The notes beneath the pieces are model-generated. The model had not been told where the DNA came from. It saw only the letters and a program-made list of their open reading frames with translations, and did not search any database. Shown here in pieces: positions 1-10,941 of a stretch of DNA of 64,000 nucleotides (its first letter is position 1; every line of letters begins with the position of its first letter). The DNA is from Longimicrobiales bacterium (GTDB lineage Bacteria > Gemmatimonadota > Gemmatimonadetes > Longimicrobiales > Gaopeijiaceae). Made by a program: the position numbers and the translations under genes. The stretch lies in contig CBDFMQ010000001.1 of NCBI GenBank assembly GCA_965249725.1, positions 347,723 through 411,722 on the forward strand. Direction: 5' to 3'.

Positions 1-281
1 CGGTCGTCTCCGAGAAGTCCGCACAGGCCATCGATGAACGCAACGTCTACACCTTCATCGTGAACAGGAACGCGAACAAGATCGAGATCGCCAAGGCCGT
101 CGAAAAGCTTTGGGACGTGCAGGTCAGTCACGTTCGCACCATGCGATATGCCGGGAAGTCCAAGCGTGCCCTGATGGGCCGCATGTCCCGGAATCCGAAC
201 TACGGACGGCGCCCCGCCTTCAAGAAGGCGGTGGTTCAGCTAGCCGAAGGCGACCACATCGAGTTCTACGAGGTCGGATAA
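1..281 (+). CDS. rplW: 50S ribosomal protein L23 (5' partial)
   Basis: Frame open from the window edge (VVSEKS...NVYTFIV...[11 protein letters not shown]...FKKAVVQL); lies directly before rplB. Confidence 0.95.
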   Translation, partial: VVSEKSAQAIDERNVYTFIVNRNANKIEIAKAVEKLWDVQVSHVRTMRYAGKSKRALMGRMSRNPNYGRRPAFKKAVVQLAEGDHIEFYEVG

Positions 282-287
282 CCAACT

Positions 288-1130
288 ATGGCTATCAAGA
301 AATTCAAGCCGGTTACTCCGGGAATGCGCTTTCGCTCCATCATCGACAACTCCGACATCCTCACGAAGAAGGATCCGGAGAAGTCGCTGATGGGGCCGTT
401 GAAGAAGTCGGGTGGGCGGAATCACCACGGGAGGATCACCTCTCGGCGCCGGGGTGGCGGCCACAAGCGCCGTTATCGCCGGATCGATTTCCGACGCAAC
501 AAGACGGGCATTCCCGGTAAGGTCGCTGCCATCGAGTACGATCCGAACCGGAGTTCGAACATTGCATTGATCCACTACGTGGACGGCGAGAAGCGGTACA
601 TCGTGCATCCGCGGGGCCTGCAGGTAGGCACCACGATCGTGTCGGGACCCGACGCGGACATCCGGGTCGGCAACGCACTGCCTCTCGGGAAGATCCCGTT
701 GGGCACGGTGGTTCACAACATCGAGTTGAAGCCGGGTAAGGGCGGTCAGATGGCGCGTTCGGCGGGAGCCGGCGTGCAGATCGTCGCCAAGGAAGGGAAG
801 TACGTCGCCTTGCGGCTGCCTTCGACGGAGGTCCGGCAGGTGCTCAATACCTGCATGGCCACCATCGGACAGGTGGGGAACATCGAGTACAACCTCCAGA
901 CCATCGGTAAGGCCGGCGCGAATCGCTGGCGCGGCAAGCGCCCCGAGGTCCGCGGTGTGGCCATGAACCCGGTCGATCACCCGCTGGGTGGTGGTGAGGG
1001 TAGGGCTTCCGGCGGACGTCCTCCGGTGACGCCCTGGGGCAAGCGCGAGGGGACGAAGACCCGCAAGAGGAAGAAGCAGTCGAACAAGTACATCATCCGC
1101 GGACGCAAGCGGGGCAAGGCTACACAGTGA
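288..1130 (+). CDS. rplB: 50S ribosomal protein L2
   Basis: [17 protein letters not shown] and [17 protein letters not shown] motifs. Confidence 0.99.
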   Translation: MAIKKFKPVTPGMRFRSIIDNSDILTKKDPEKSLMGPLKKSGGRNHHGRITSRRRGGGHKRRYRRIDFRRNKTGIPGKVAAIEYDPNRSSNIALIHYVDGEKRYIVHPRGLQVGTTIVSGPDADIRVGNALPLGKIPLGTVVHNIELKPGKGGQMARSAGAGVQIVAKEGKYVALRLPSTEVRQVLNTCMATIGQVGNIEYNLQTIGKAGANRWRGKRPEVRGVAMNPVDHPLGGGEGRASGGRPPVTPWGKREGTKTRKRKKQSNKYIIRGRKRGKATQ

Positions 1131-1154
1131 TGTCCCTTAGCAGAGGTCGGTTAT

Positions 1155-1442
1155 ATGCCGCGTAGTGTAAAGAAGGGCCCGTTTATCAACGAGAAGCTCC
1201 TCCTGAAGGTCGAGGTCATGAACTCCCGTGGCGAGAAGAAGGTCATCAAGACCTGGGCGCGGGCTTCGACGATCTCTCCGGACTTCGTGGGACACACGAT
1301 CGCCGTGCACAACGGGAATAAGTTCATTCCCGTTTACATCACGGAAAACATGGTAGGCCACAAGCTCGGCGAATTCTCTCCCACCAGGCTCTTCAGGGGT
1401 CACAGTGGAAGACTCGCCGACAAGCGGTCCTCGGTGGGGTAG
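1155..1442 (+). CDS. rpsS: 30S ribosomal protein S19
   Basis: [10 protein letters not shown]...HNGNKF...[13 protein letters not shown]. Confidence 0.99.
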   Translation: MPRSVKKGPFINEKLLLKVEVMNSRGEKKVIKTWARASTISPDFVGHTIAVHNGNKFIPVYITENMVGHKLGEFSPTRLFRGHSGRLADKRSSVG

Positions 1443-1449
1443 GCGAGAG

Positions 1450-1806
1450 ATGGAAATGCAAGCAAAGGCGATTGCTCGCCACGTACGGATGAGCCCGCGG
1501 AAGATTCGCTTGGTCGTGGATCAGATTCGCGGAAAGTCGGTCAATGAGGCGTATGCGATCCTTCGGTTCTCGAAGAAGGCCGCCGCGGACCCGGTGAGTA
1601 AGACACTGCGCTCCGCCGTGGCGAACGCCCAGAACAAGGCGCAGGACCATGGCGACGTTCTGGACGTGGACGAGTTGGCGGTGGCTACCGCGTTCGTCGA
1701 CGAGGGCCCGACCCTGAAGCGTTGGATGGCCCGGGCCATGGGTCGTGCCGGCCGCATCAACAAGCGGACCAGCCACATCACTGTAGTTGTGGATACCAAG
1801 GAATAA
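1450..1806 (+). CDS. rplV: 50S ribosomal protein L22
   Basis: [14 protein letters not shown]...[20 protein letters not shown]; start placed at ATG 1450. Confidence 0.97.
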   Translation: MEMQAKAIARHVRMSPRKIRLVVDQIRGKSVNEAYAILRFSKKAAADPVSKTLRSAVANAQNKAQDHGDVLDVDELAVATAFVDEGPTLKRWMARAMGRAGRINKRTSHITVVVDTKE

Positions 1807-1808
1807 GC

Positions 1809-2468
1809 ATGGGACAGAAGACTCACCCATTGGGGTTCCGTCTCGGAATCGTCAAAGACTGGAAGTCTCGCTGGTATGCCGAGCGTGACTTCCCGCGCCT
1901 TCTCAAGGAAGACGAGACGATCCGCACGTACCTCCACAGGCGCCTCGCGCATGCCGCGCTCTCCAAGGTGGAGATCGAGCGGAAGCCGTCGAAGATCGTC
2001 GTCACGCTTTTCACTGCCCGCCCCGGCGTGGTGATCGGAAAGCGTGGAGCCGAGGTCGACAAGCTGCGCGACGAGCTCGCGGTTCTGACCAAGGCCGAGA
2101 TCTCCGTGAACGTAGAGGAGATCCGCAGGCCCGAGGTCGATGCCCGTTTGGTGGCCGAGAACGTAGCCCACCAGCTCCGGCAGAGGATTTCGTTCCGTCG
2201 CGCCATGAAGAGGGCGGTCCAATCCGCCATCCGAGGTGGCGCCGAGGGCATCAAGATTCAGTGCGCGGGTCGCTTGGGCGGCGCCGAGATCGCTCGTACC
2301 GAGGGATACAACGAGGGGCGCGTGCCGCTTCACACGCTGCGTGCCGATATCGACTACGCTCAGGTTGCGGCAATCACGACGTACGGAACGGTGGGCGTGA
2401 AGTGCTGGATCTTCCGCGGCGAAGTGGTTGAAGAGCGCCGTGACCATACGTACTCCACCGGCGCCTGA
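1809..2468 (+). CDS. rpsC: 30S ribosomal protein S3
   Basis: [37 protein letters not shown]. Confidence 0.99.
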   Translation: MGQKTHPLGFRLGIVKDWKSRWYAERDFPRLLKEDETIRTYLHRRLAHAALSKVEIERKPSKIVVTLFTARPGVVIGKRGAEVDKLRDELAVLTKAEISVNVEEIRRPEVDARLVAENVAHQLRQRISFRRAMKRAVQSAIRGGAEGIKIQCAGRLGGAEIARTEGYNEGRVPLHTLRADIDYAQVAAITTYGTVGVKCWIFRGEVVEERRDHTYSTGA

Positions 2469-2514
2469 GCGCCGGCGCTTGGACACCGGTGATTCACAAG
2501 AGGATTAGAAGACG

Positions 2515-2931
2515 ATGCTAGCGCCAAAGCGCGTAAAACACCGCAAGACGCACAAGGGCCGGATGCGCGGCAAAGCGCTCCGCGGCAACAAGGTCTCGTT
2601 CGGCGAATACGGTCTCCAGACGACAGAGTGCGGCTGGATTTCGAATCGCCAGATCGAGGCCGCTCGTGTTGCCATGACCCGCCACATCAAACGTGGTGGA
2701 AAGGTGTGGATCCGCATTTTCCCGGATAAGCCCATCACGTCCAAGCCTGCCGAGACCCGCATGGGTAAGGGTAAGGGCAACCCGGAGGGTTGGGTCGCCG
2801 TGGTGAAGCCGGGTCGAATGATGTTCGAGCTGGAGGGCGTGCCGGTGGAGATCGCAAAGCGGGCCATGAAGTTGGCCGCGGCCAAGCTGCCCGTGGCGAC
2901 CCGCTTCGTCATCCGAGAGCACCAGCTCTAG
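2515..2931 (+). CDS. rplP: 50S ribosomal protein L16
   Basis: [13 protein letters not shown]...RMGKGKG. Confidence 0.99.
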   Translation: MLAPKRVKHRKTHKGRMRGKALRGNKVSFGEYGLQTTECGWISNRQIEAARVAMTRHIKRGGKVWIRIFPDKPITSKPAETRMGKGKGNPEGWVAVVKPGRMMFELEGVPVEIAKRAMKLAAAKLPVATRFVIREHQL

Positions 2932-2954
2932 AACTACGAGATAGAGAAGAGACG

Positions 2955-3191
2955 ATGAAGGCTGAAGAGATGCGCGAGTGGGACAACACAGAGGTCCTCG
3001 CCCGGCTCGAGGAGTTGAAGGAGGAGCAATTCCGCCTCCGCTTCCGGACCGGCACCATGGATCTCGAGAATCCCAAGGTGCTACAGCACATCCGGCGCGA
3101 CATTGCGCGCCTGAACACGATTCTCCGGGAGCGCGAGATGGCCGGCGCATCCGCAGAGTCAACTGGGCAATCCGAAGAGTCGACTGAGTAA
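2955..3191 (+). CDS. rpmC: 50S ribosomal protein L29
   Basis: MKAEEMRE...FRLRF...RRDIARLNT; expected position; short acidic tail. Confidence 0.95.
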   Translation: MKAEEMREWDNTEVLARLEELKEEQFRLRFRTGTMDLENPKVLQHIRRDIARLNTILREREMAGASAESTGQSEESTE

Positions 3192-3193
3192 TC

Positions 3194-3529
3194 ATGACAG
3201 ACAAAGCACCGGAACAGGCCGAGGCGGCCGAGACTGCACAGGCACCAGAGGTGCCTTTGGCACCCGAAGCCGGCGACGCGCGAAATCGACGGAAAGTCCG
3301 GACCGGCGTGGTGACCAGCGACAAGAGCGACAAGACCGTGACGGTACGAGTGGAGCGGCAGTTCGCCCACGCGTTGTACGGCAAGCAGGTCAAGAAGACC
3401 AAGAAGTACCATGCCCACGACGAAGACAATCAGTACAAAGCAGGCGACGTGGTCAGGATCGTCGAGACCCGGCCTCTTTCGAAGACCAAGCGGTGGCGTG
3501 TTCTCGAACTGCTTGAACGCTCCGAATAA
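3194..3529 (+). CDS. rpsQ: 30S ribosomal protein S17 (N-terminal extension)
   Basis: [18 protein letters not shown]...HAHDE...[11 protein letters not shown]. Confidence 0.98.
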   Translation: MTDKAPEQAEAAETAQAPEVPLAPEAGDARNRRKVRTGVVTSDKSDKTVTVRVERQFAHALYGKQVKKTKKYHAHDEDNQYKAGDVVRIVETRPLSKTKRWRVLELLERSE

Positions 3530-3573
3530 GAACGCGCTTCTGACGCGATTTGAACGCGAATTAGGACACAGAG

Positions 3574-3942
3574 ATGATTCAGCAGGAATCGATCCTCAAG
3601 ATTGCCGACAACTCAGGGGCCAAGAGCGCCCTGTGTATTCGGGTCATGGGTGGATCACGGCGACGCTATGCGAGTGTCGGTGATGTCATCGTGGCGACCG
3701 TCAAGGACGCCATCCCCAATTCACCCGTGAAGAAGGGTGAGGTGGTGCAGGCGGTGGTCGTACGCACGGCCAAGGAAGTGCGCCGCCGAGATGGCACCTA
3801 TATCCGCTTCGACGACAACGCGGCAGTACTCATCACGCCCCAGGGCGAACCCCGCGGCACCCGCATCTTCGGGCCCGTAGGAAGAGAACTCCGCGAAAAG
3901 CGCTATATGAGAATCGTTTCGCTGGCTCCGGAGGTGCTGTAA
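3574..3942 (+). CDS. rplN: 50S ribosomal protein L14
   Basis: ADNSGAK...FDDNAAV...GTRIFGPV...SLAPEVL. Confidence 0.99.
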   Translation: MIQQESILKIADNSGAKSALCIRVMGGSRRRYASVGDVIVATVKDAIPNSPVKKGEVVQAVVVRTAKEVRRRDGTYIRFDDNAAVLITPQGEPRGTRIFGPVGRELREKRYMRIVSLAPEVL

Positions 3943-4280
3943 TGGCCACCAAAGCAACCCATCCTTCGATTGTGCGGGGTGACCGGGTCAAGGTGATCCG
4001 CGGCAACCATCGCGATATGGAAGGCACCGTCCTTCGTGTACTCAGGGACGACGGCCGGGTCGTGGTGGAGGGCGTTAACATGCGTAAGCGGCATGAGCGC
4101 CCCACCGAGGCGAACCCGGAGGGCGGAATCATGACCTTCGAGGCCCCGATCCATCTATCCAACGTGATGTTGGTGGATCAGGCTTCGGATCAGGCGAGCC
4201 GGGTCCGCAAGCGGATCGAGGCCGATGGAACCAAAGAGAGGATTGCCGTAAAGACCGGCAATCCGATCCCCAAGCCGTAG
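3942..4280 (+). CDS. rplX: 50S ribosomal protein L24
   Basis: KOW motif GDRVKVIRG, VVVEGVN, EAPIHLSNV. Confidence 0.98.
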   Translation: MATKATHPSIVRGDRVKVIRGNHRDMEGTVLRVLRDDGRVVVEGVNMRKRHERPTEANPEGGIMTFEAPIHLSNVMLVDQASDQASRVRKRIEADGTKERIAVKTGNPIPKP

Positions 4281-4346
4281 CGGGAGCCGTCGACTCACAT
4301 CGGACCGACGTACACTGCTGTGGTGAGACTGTGGGACTGAGAGAGA

Positions 4347-4922
4347 ATGGAACCGAGATTACTGAGGCACTATAGGGAGCAAGCCCGGCCGAAGCTGGCG
4401 GAGCAGTTCCAGTGGGGTAACCCTCACCGGATTCCCAAGATCGAGAAGGTCGTGTTGAACGTGGGTGTGGGCGAGGCGGCGAAGAATGCCAAGCTGCTCA
4501 CGGCCGTCGTGGACGAGTTGGGCGTGATCACCGGTCAGAAGGCCGTGATCACTCGCGCCCGGCAGTCGATTTCGAACTTCTCGCTCCGCCAAGGCATGCC
4601 TATCGGAGCCGCGGTCACGCTCCGTCAGCACCGTATGTACGAGTTCTTGGATCGGTTGGTGAGTATCGCCATTCCGCGGGTGAGAGACTTCCGGGGTTTG
4701 CGTACGCGCGCCTTCGACGGTCGAGGCAACTTCACGATGGGCGTCCGGGAGCAGATCATCTTTCCGGAGATCGACTACGACAAGGTCGGTCAGATTCACG
4801 GAATGAACATCACCGTCGTCACGACGACCAATAAGGACGACGAGGCACTTGCCTTGCTTCGCGAGATGGGCTTCCCGTTCCAAGGGACGGACCCCGTCAT
4901 CATCGGGCAGAACGCCAACTAA
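4347..4922 (+). CDS. rplE: 50S ribosomal protein L5
   Basis: [33 protein letters not shown]. Confidence 0.99.
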   Translation: MEPRLLRHYREQARPKLAEQFQWGNPHRIPKIEKVVLNVGVGEAAKNAKLLTAVVDELGVITGQKAVITRARQSISNFSLRQGMPIGAAVTLRQHRMYEFLDRLVSIAIPRVRDFRGLRTRAFDGRGNFTMGVREQIIFPEIDYDKVGQIHGMNITVVTTTNKDDEALALLREMGFPFQGTDPVIIGQNAN

Positions 4923-4942
4923 CACGGACATAGGGGAATTCG

Positions 4943-5128
4943 ATGGCCAGGAAGGCGTTGATCGAGAGGAACAATAGGGAGCCCAAGTTTCCGGGGCGGC
5001 ACCGGAATCGGTGTCAGCGCTGCGGGCGCCCACGTGCATTCATGCGGAAGTTCGGGATCTGTCGGATTTGCTTCCGGCAGATGTCCCTTCGGGGCGAGAT
5101 CCCGGGCGTCCGGAAGTCAAGCTGGTAA
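4943..5128 (+). CDS. rpsN: 30S ribosomal protein S14, Zn-binding (type Z)
   Basis: 61 aa with CQRC...CRIC zinc ribbon and [11 protein letters not shown]. Confidence 0.98.
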   Translation: MARKALIERNNREPKFPGRHRNRCQRCGRPRAFMRKFGICRICFRQMSLRGEIPGVRKSSW

Positions 5129-5143
5129 AGGACTGAAACGGCT

Positions 5144-5536
5144 ATGATGACGGATCCCATTGCGGACATGCTCACGCGCATCCGGAACGCCGGTGGCGCC
5201 GGGCATAAGTGGGCGGACATGCCGGTCTCGAAGTTGAAGATCGAGGTGGCGCGCCTACTCAAGGAGAATCACTTCGTCTACGACTACAAGGTCCTGGACG
5301 ATGGCAGTTTCGGAGTCCTGCGTGTGTACCTGAAGTACCACGAAGAGGGCCCGATCATTCGACACCTCGAGCGCGTATCTCGCCCGGGTCGTCGTCGTTA
5401 TGTGGCCAAGGACAAGATTCCTCGGGTCCGAAACGGGCTGGGGATGGCGATCCTGTCCACTTCGCAGGGACTGATGTCAGACCGGGTCGCTCGCAAAGCC
5501 GGCATGGGTGGCGAGCTCATGGCTCTGGTCTGGTAA
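5144..5536 (+). CDS. rpsH: 30S ribosomal protein S8
   Basis: TDPIADMLTRIRN, SRPGRR.Y, ILSTSQG, GGEL...VW. Confidence 0.99.
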   Translation: MMTDPIADMLTRIRNAGGAGHKWADMPVSKLKIEVARLLKENHFVYDYKVLDDGSFGVLRVYLKYHEEGPIIRHLERVSRPGRRRYVAKDKIPRVRNGLGMAILSTSQGLMSDRVARKAGMGGELMALVW

Positions 5537-5551
5537 AGGAATAGATCTGAT

Positions 5552-6094
5552 ATGTCTCGGATTGGTAAACAGCCCATCGAGGTGCCTAAGGGCGTCGACG
5601 TGACCGTGAGCGGGCAGAACGTGAAGGTGAAGGGTGAGAAGGGGCAGTTGACCTTCGATGCGCACGCCGACATGGCGGTCACCCTGGATGACGGGGTGGT
5701 GTCGGTGACGCGTCCTTCCGATCAGCCGGAGCACCGGGCACTGCATGGTCTGACGCGCACGCTCATCGCCAACATGGTCGAGGGCGTGGTCAACGGGTAC
5801 GCGAAGACCCTGGAGATCCAGGGCGTCGGGTACAAAGCGGAGAAGAAGGGGCAGGGCCTGCTCCTTACCCTCGGCTTTTCTCACACGATCGACTATCCGG
5901 CACCGGCCGGCGTCGATCTCGATACGCCCAACCAGACCACGATCGTCATATCCGGCATCGACAAGCAGAAAGTCGGCCAGGCGGCCGCAGAGATTCGCGC
6001 CTTCCGTCCCCCGGAGCCGTACAAGGGGAAGGGCATTCGCTACCAGGGCGAGCACGTCCGCCGCAAGGCCGGTAAGACGGCCGCCGCTACCTAA
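5552..6094 (+). CDS. rplF: 50S ribosomal protein L6
   Basis: [19 protein letters not shown]. Confidence 0.99.
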   Translation: MSRIGKQPIEVPKGVDVTVSGQNVKVKGEKGQLTFDAHADMAVTLDDGVVSVTRPSDQPEHRALHGLTRTLIANMVEGVVNGYAKTLEIQGVGYKAEKKGQGLLLTLGFSHTIDYPAPAGVDLDTPNQTTIVISGIDKQKVGQAAAEIRAFRPPEPYKGKGIRYQGEHVRRKAGKTAAAT

Positions 6095-6108
6095 GAACGA
6101 ACGGGATC

Positions 6109-6489
6109 ATGAGTACTAAGATCAGCAAGAATAGACCGGCCCAGCGAGCCCGACGGCACGCCCGGATCCGGAAGAAAATTTGGGGCACCGCCGATCGCCC
6201 GCGGCTGGTCGTGTTCCGTTCCCTGAAGAACTTCGAGGGGCAGGTGGTGGACGACGACGCTGGCAAGACGCTGGTCGGGCTCTCCACCCTTTGTGCCGAC
6301 CTCGCCGACTTCAAGGCCGAGGGCTCGAACCCGCGGGTCGAGCGTGCTCGGGCTGCCGGGAAGCTCCTCGCGGAGCGTGCAGTGGCTCAGGGAGTCGAAT
6401 CCGTCGTGTTCGATCGCGGCGGATATCAGTATCACGGCCGGGTCAAGGCATTTGCCGATGGCGCCCGGGAGGGAGGGCTTCAGTTCTGA
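6109..6489 (+). CDS. rplR: 50S ribosomal protein L18
   Basis: [23 protein letters not shown]. Confidence 0.99.
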   Translation: MSTKISKNRPAQRARRHARIRKKIWGTADRPRLVVFRSLKNFEGQVVDDDAGKTLVGLSTLCADLADFKAEGSNPRVERARAAGKLLAERAVAQGVESVVFDRGGYQYHGRVKAFADGAREGGLQF

Positions 6490-7019
6490 TGGCCAGGGAT
6501 CAAAAACGCAGAGAGAGCCGCGGGCGCGAGTCCGAGTTCACCGAGAACGTGATCCACATCAACCGTGTGGCCAAGGTGGTGAAGGGTGGCCGCCGGTTCT
6601 CCTTCACCGCGCTGGTGTCCGTTGGCGATCAGAAGGGTCGCGTAGGCATCGGGCTGGCCAAGGCGAACGAGGTGGCCGAGGCCATCCGCAAGGCCTTCGA
6701 GCGCGGTAAGAAGGACATGATCGAGATTCCGGTGCAGAACGGCACGATCCCTCACGAGATCGTCGGTCGTTGGGGTGCGGGGCGCGTCATGATGCGCCCC
6801 GCGGCGCCCGGAACCGGCGTGATCGCGGGTGGTCCGGTGCGCTCCGTCCTCGAGGCCGTGGGCATCAAGGACATCCTCACGAAGAGTCTGGGAAGCAACA
6901 ACCCGATCAACGTGGTGCGAGCCACCATGCAGGGACTCACGAGCCTCGTGACGCCCGAACAGGCGGCAAGGGAGCGAGGCGTTCCCGTGGAGGTCATCCT
7001 GGGAGGCGATCGTGGCTAA
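6489..7019 (+). CDS. rpsE: 30S ribosomal protein S5
   Basis: [36 protein letters not shown] overlaps the rplR stop. Confidence 0.98.
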   Translation: MARDQKRRESRGRESEFTENVIHINRVAKVVKGGRRFSFTALVSVGDQKGRVGIGLAKANEVAEAIRKAFERGKKDMIEIPVQNGTIPHEIVGRWGAGRVMMRPAAPGTGVIAGGPVRSVLEAVGIKDILTKSLGSNNPINVVRATMQGLTSLVTPEQAARERGVPVEVILGGDRG

Positions 7020-7194
7020 CAAGCTGTCCATTACCCAGGTCCGGAGTGGTGTCGGTCGCAAGTTCAAACACCAGCGCACCCTGACGGCCCTGGGATTCAA
7101 GAAGCACCAGCAGACGGTGGTGCATGACGACACGCCTGCGATCCGCGGGATGGTGAAGCAGGTTTGGCACCTGGTAAAGGTGGAAGAGATCTAA
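7012..7194 (+). CDS. rpmD: 50S ribosomal protein L30
   Basis: ITQVRS...TLTALG...PAIRGMV; expected size and position. Confidence 0.97.
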   Translation: MANKLSITQVRSGVGRKFKHQRTLTALGFKKHQQTVVHDDTPAIRGMVKQVWHLVKVEEI

Positions 7195-7196
7195 GC

Positions 7197-7925
7197 ATGT
7201 CAGAGCTACACGAACTACGTCCCGCTCCCGGCTCGACGAGCCGGTCAAAGCGGAAAGGGCGAGGTCAGGGTTCCGGGAAAGGCAAGACTGCCGGACGCGG
7301 ACAGGATGGCCAGAAGTCCCGCAGTGGTGGCTCCGTTCGCCCCGGATTCGAGGGTGGGCAGATGCCCTTGCAGCGGCGCATCCCCAAGCGGGGGTTCACG
7401 CAGCGCAACCGCACGGTGTACCAGATCGTGAACGTGGGAGACCTCGCTCGCATAGAGGGAACTACGGTCACCGCCGAGCTGTTGAAGGAAGCGGGCTTGA
7501 TCCGATCTTCGAAGGGGCTGGTGAAGGTCCTCGCCATGGGCGAGGTCAGCCAGGCCTATTCCGTAGAGGCTCACAAGTTCAGTGGTGGAGCCGTCGCCAA
7601 GATCGAAGCGGCCGGCGGATCGACCACGGTCTTGAAGAGCGGCGGAAGCGATTCGACGGCGAAGGGCTCGAAGCTGCAGAAGAAGCGGGGGCCGAAGGCC
7701 TCCGCTGGCGCATCGGATGCTCCGGCGGCCGCAGAGGCGCCGGGGGCGGCTGAAGAGGCGCCCGTCGAGGAAGTGGCAGCCGAGGCCGAGACCGGCACGG
7801 AGGCTGAGGACGCCGCCGACGCGCCCGTCGAGGACGTGGTAGCCGACGTTGAGGCTCCGGCGGCGGAAGCCGCCGTTGGTGACGACGTTGAAGCTCCAGT
7901 GGGCGAAGCGGAGACCGATGGCTAA
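7197..7925 (+). CDS. rplO: 50S ribosomal protein L15 with ~96-aa acidic C-terminal extension
   Basis: [38 protein letters not shown], then an Ala/Glu/Asp-rich tail. Confidence 0.98.
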   Translation: MSELHELRPAPGSTSRSKRKGRGQGSGKGKTAGRGQDGQKSRSGGSVRPGFEGGQMPLQRRIPKRGFTQRNRTVYQIVNVGDLARIEGTTVTAELLKEAGLIRSSKGLVKVLAMGEVSQAYSVEAHKFSGGAVAKIEAAGGSTTVLKSGGSDSTAKGSKLQKKRGPKASAGASDAPAAAEAPGAAEEAPVEEVAAEAETGTEAEDAADAPVEDVVADVEAPAAEAAVGDDVEAPVGEAETDG

Positions 7926-9231
7926 CCCGATTCCAAATCTCTTCCGGGTTCCGGAGCTCAAAGAGAAGATCCTCTTTACGCTCTTCATCATGTTCATCTA
8001 CCGGGTCGGTGCGCACATCACCGTGCCCGGAGTGGACGTGGGAATCCTCCGTCAGCAGTTCGGAGCCCTTCAGGGTGGAATCCTCGGCATCTACGACATG
8101 TTCGTGGGTGGCGGCCTCAGCCGCGCCACGATCTTGGCGTTGGGCATCATGCCCTATATCTCGGCCAGCATCATGTTCCAGCTGTTGGCGGCAGTCTTCC
8201 CCACCATCGAGAAGATGCAGAAGGAGGGCGAGGACGGACGCCAGAAGCTGACGCAGTGGACCCGTTACACCACGGTCCTCCTCAGCGCGGTCCAGGGATT
8301 CAGCTACGCCGCATTCCTGAACAGTACGGGCGCGGTCCGGAACCCCGGGTTCGTCTTCAATCTGACCACTACGGTCACGCTGACGGTCGGAGCCATCTTC
8401 GTGATGTGGCTCGGTGAGCAGATCACGGAGCGCGGGATCGGGAACGGAATGTCGCTCCTGATCTTCTTCTCTATCATCGAGGGTTTCCCGGCGGCTGTGG
8501 CCCGGACGTGGGAGTCGTTCGTCGCCGGGCAGATCCAGATCTTCGCGGTCGTCATGCTCGTCGTCGTGCTGATCGCGATTACGGCAGCCGTGGTGGCGAT
8601 GACGATGGGAGCGAGGAAGATACCCGTTCAGATTCCGAGGAAGGTGGTGGGGCGCGGACGTATTCGAGAGGGGCAGAAGAGTTTTGTCCCCCTGCGGGTG
8701 AATTCCGCCGGAGTCATGCCGATCATCTTCGCCCAGTCTTTCATCGTCGTGCCGGGTACGATCGCCCAGTTCGCCGGTCGGACGGGCGGGTTCCTCGATA
8801 CCATCGCGGACATCTTCCAGCCCGGAACGGTCTACTACATTACCTACGGTCTCCTGATCGTCTTCTTCACGTACTTCTATACGGCCATCATCTTCAACCC
8901 AGTCGACCTGGCCGAGAACCTGAAGAAGCAGGGCGCGTTCGTACCCGGCGTGAAGCCCGGAGCGCGGACCGCCGAGTACATCGATCGGGTGCTGACCAGG
9001 GTGACGCTGCCGGGGTCCATCTACTTGGCGCTGATCGCGCTGGTACCGTTCTGGATCTTCAGCATCTTCAACATCCAGACGTTCTTCTTCGGCGGTACCG
9101 GCCTGCTGATCGTCGTGGGTGTGGGCCTCGACACCGTGCAGCAGGCGCAGCAGCACCTGCTCCTCCGTCACTATGACGGCTTCATGAAGAAGGGTCGCGT
9201 GAAGATGCGCGGCCGTTCGCGATACATGTAG
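7918..9231 (+). CDS. secY: Preprotein translocase subunit SecY
   Basis: [46 protein letters not shown]; about 10 TM segments. Confidence 0.99.
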   Translation: MANPIPNLFRVPELKEKILFTLFIMFIYRVGAHITVPGVDVGILRQQFGALQGGILGIYDMFVGGGLSRATILALGIMPYISASIMFQLLAAVFPTIEKMQKEGEDGRQKLTQWTRYTTVLLSAVQGFSYAAFLNSTGAVRNPGFVFNLTTTVTLTVGAIFVMWLGEQITERGIGNGMSLLIFFSIIEGFPAAVARTWESFVAGQIQIFAVVMLVVVLIAITAAVVAMTMGARKIPVQIPRKVVGRGRIREGQKSFVPLRVNSAGVMPIIFAQSFIVVPGTIAQFAGRTGGFLDTIADIFQPGTVYYITYGLLIVFFTYFYTAIIFNPVDLAENLKKQGAFVPGVKPGARTAEYIDRVLTRVTLPGSIYLALIALVPFWIFSIFNIQTFFFGGTGLLIVVGVGLDTVQQAQQHLLLRHYDGFMKKGRVKMRGRSRYM

Positions 9232-9251
9232 TCCACCGAGCAAGCTGACAT

Positions 9252-9899
9252 ATGTACGTCATTCTTTTGGGACCCCCGGGGGTTGGAAAAGGTACCCAGG
9301 GGGTCCTTCTTGCCGAAGGTAGGGGCTGGGAGCGGGTGGTCACCGGTGACCTGCTCCGCCAGGCCCGTGCCGAGGGCACCGATCTCGGCCGTGAAGCTCA
9401 ACGCTTCATGGATGCGGGCGAGCTGGTTCCGGACAACGTCGTCATCAGCATGGTGCGAGAGAAGCTGACGGCCATGCCCGCGGGCATGGGGGTCGTATTC
9501 GACGGCTTTCCGCGGACCACCGCTCAGGCGTCCGGTCTCAGCATGATGCTCGGCGAGTTGGGAGCGACGATCGATCAGGTCGTCGTGCTCGAGGCGGAGG
9601 ACGAGGCACTCGTCCAGAGAATCTCCGGCCGACGTTCGTGCCCCAAGTGCGGCGCGGTCTACAACGTATTCTTGGCTCCGCCCGCCGAAGACGGCGTGTG
9701 CGACAACGAAGGTGCCGTTTTACAGCATCGCACCGACGATATTCCCGAGACGGTCCAGCATCGTCTCGACGTATACCGCAAACAGACCGCTCCGGTGATC
9801 GACTACTACGAGGCCAGTGCCTCGCGGGTGCACCACGTCGATGGTGAGCAGATCGTCGAGGCCGTCCAGGCGGCCGTTGTCACTGCTTTGGGCGTCTGA
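9252..9899 (+). CDS. adk: Adenylate kinase
   Basis: GPPGVGKGTQ P-loop, DGFPRT, Cys-containing LID. Confidence 0.98.
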   Translation: MYVILLGPPGVGKGTQGVLLAEGRGWERVVTGDLLRQARAEGTDLGREAQRFMDAGELVPDNVVISMVREKLTAMPAGMGVVFDGFPRTTAQASGLSMMLGELGATIDQVVVLEAEDEALVQRISGRRSCPKCGAVYNVFLAPPAEDGVCDNEGAVLQHRTDDIPETVQHRLDVYRKQTAPVIDYYEASASRVHHVDGEQIVEAVQAAVVTALGV

Positions 9900-10669
9900 T
9901 GGTCCACCTGAAGACCCCCGAAGAGATCGACATGATCGCCCGCGGTGGGGCCATCATCTCCGACTTCCTGTCCGAGGTGCCCTCTCGCATCGATCCCGGC
10001 GTTTCGACGCTGCAGATCGATACGTTCGCCGATGAGTTCATCCGCTCTCACGACGGAGCCGTGCCGGCCTTCAAGGGACTCTACGGATTCGCGGGCAGCG
10101 TGTGCGTCTCGTTGAACGAGGAGGTGGTTCACGGGATTCCGAAGGCGGACCGGATCCTGGCCGATGGCGACATCGTCTCGATCGACGTAGGGGTCAAGCT
10201 CGACGGTTGGTGCTCCGACTCGGCGTGGACCTTCCCGGTCGGCGAGGTGGACGAACAGAGCCGCCACCTGCTCAGCGTGACGGAACAGTCGCTCCTCGCC
10301 GCCATCACGGCAGCGAAGAGAGACGACCACGTGGGGGATATCGGCGCGGCCGTCATGGCCTGCGTCGAGGGAACGGGGATGTACATCATCAGAGACCTCG
10401 TGGGTCACGGCGTAGGCCGGGAAGTGCACGAGGAACCTCAGGTTTCAAACCTGGGACGCCCGGGGATGGGCCCCCTGTTGCGGGAGGGGATGGTCATCGC
10501 CATCGAACCCATGCTCGCCCTGGGGACGGACAACATCAGGACGCTGGACGATCGCTGGACCGTGGTGACCCAAGACGGTACGCGGTCCGCACATTTCGAG
10601 CATACGATTGCCGTCACGGCTGACGGGCCCCGCATCCTGACCGGGGCGCCCGTTGAGACGTCGGTCTGA
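9899..10669 (+). CDS. map: Type I methionine aminopeptidase
   Basis: NEEVVHGIP, GHGVG..HEEP, AIEPM, SAHFEHT. Confidence 0.98.
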   Translation: MVHLKTPEEIDMIARGGAIISDFLSEVPSRIDPGVSTLQIDTFADEFIRSHDGAVPAFKGLYGFAGSVCVSLNEEVVHGIPKADRILADGDIVSIDVGVKLDGWCSDSAWTFPVGEVDEQSRHLLSVTEQSLLAAITAAKRDDHVGDIGAAVMACVEGTGMYIIRDLVGHGVGREVHEEPQVSNLGRPGMGPLLREGMVIAIEPMLALGTDNIRTLDDRWTVVTQDGTRSAHFEHTIAVTADGPRILTGAPVETSV

Positions 10670-10694
10670 ATACAACGAAGACCCCCGGAATGCC

Positions 10695-10723
10695 TTGAAG
10701 GGCAGGGGACCTTCCATTATCAT
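10695..10723 (+). promoter_or_regulatory. Putative sigma70-type promoter for the rpmJ-rpsM-rpsK-rpsD-rpoA-rplQ block
   Basis: TTGAAG (10695-10700), 17-bp spacer, TATCAT (10718-10723), 38 nt before the rpmJ ATG. Confidence 0.6.
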
Positions 10724-10761
10724 TACGAGCTCTGCTAGAAACGCAGGTAAAGGCGCGAAAA

Positions 10762-10878
10762 ATGAAGGTTCGTAGCAGCGTAAAACCGATTTGTGAGCAC
10801 TGCAAAGTGATCCGTCGCCGAGGTGTGGTGAGGATCATTTGTTCGCGCAATCCGAAGCACAAACAGCGCCAAGGCTAA
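10762..10878 (+). CDS. rpmJ: 50S ribosomal protein L36 (not in the ORF track)
   Basis: Manual translation: [38 protein letters not shown]. Confidence 0.98.
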   Translation: MKVRSSVKPICEHCKVIRRRGVVRIICSRNPKHKQRQG

Positions 10879-10941
10879 ACGCTGTTTCGCCGACGCAAGT
10901 CGGCGCCGAAGTGCAATCGCTAACCAAGTTGAAGAGACGGT

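Noticed and set aside
7579..9243. Long antisense ORFs (554 aa here; also 44093-45409, 62721-63980 and 27581-28573)
   Set aside because: Shadow frames of well-supported genes, expected in high-GC DNA; no recognisable motifs
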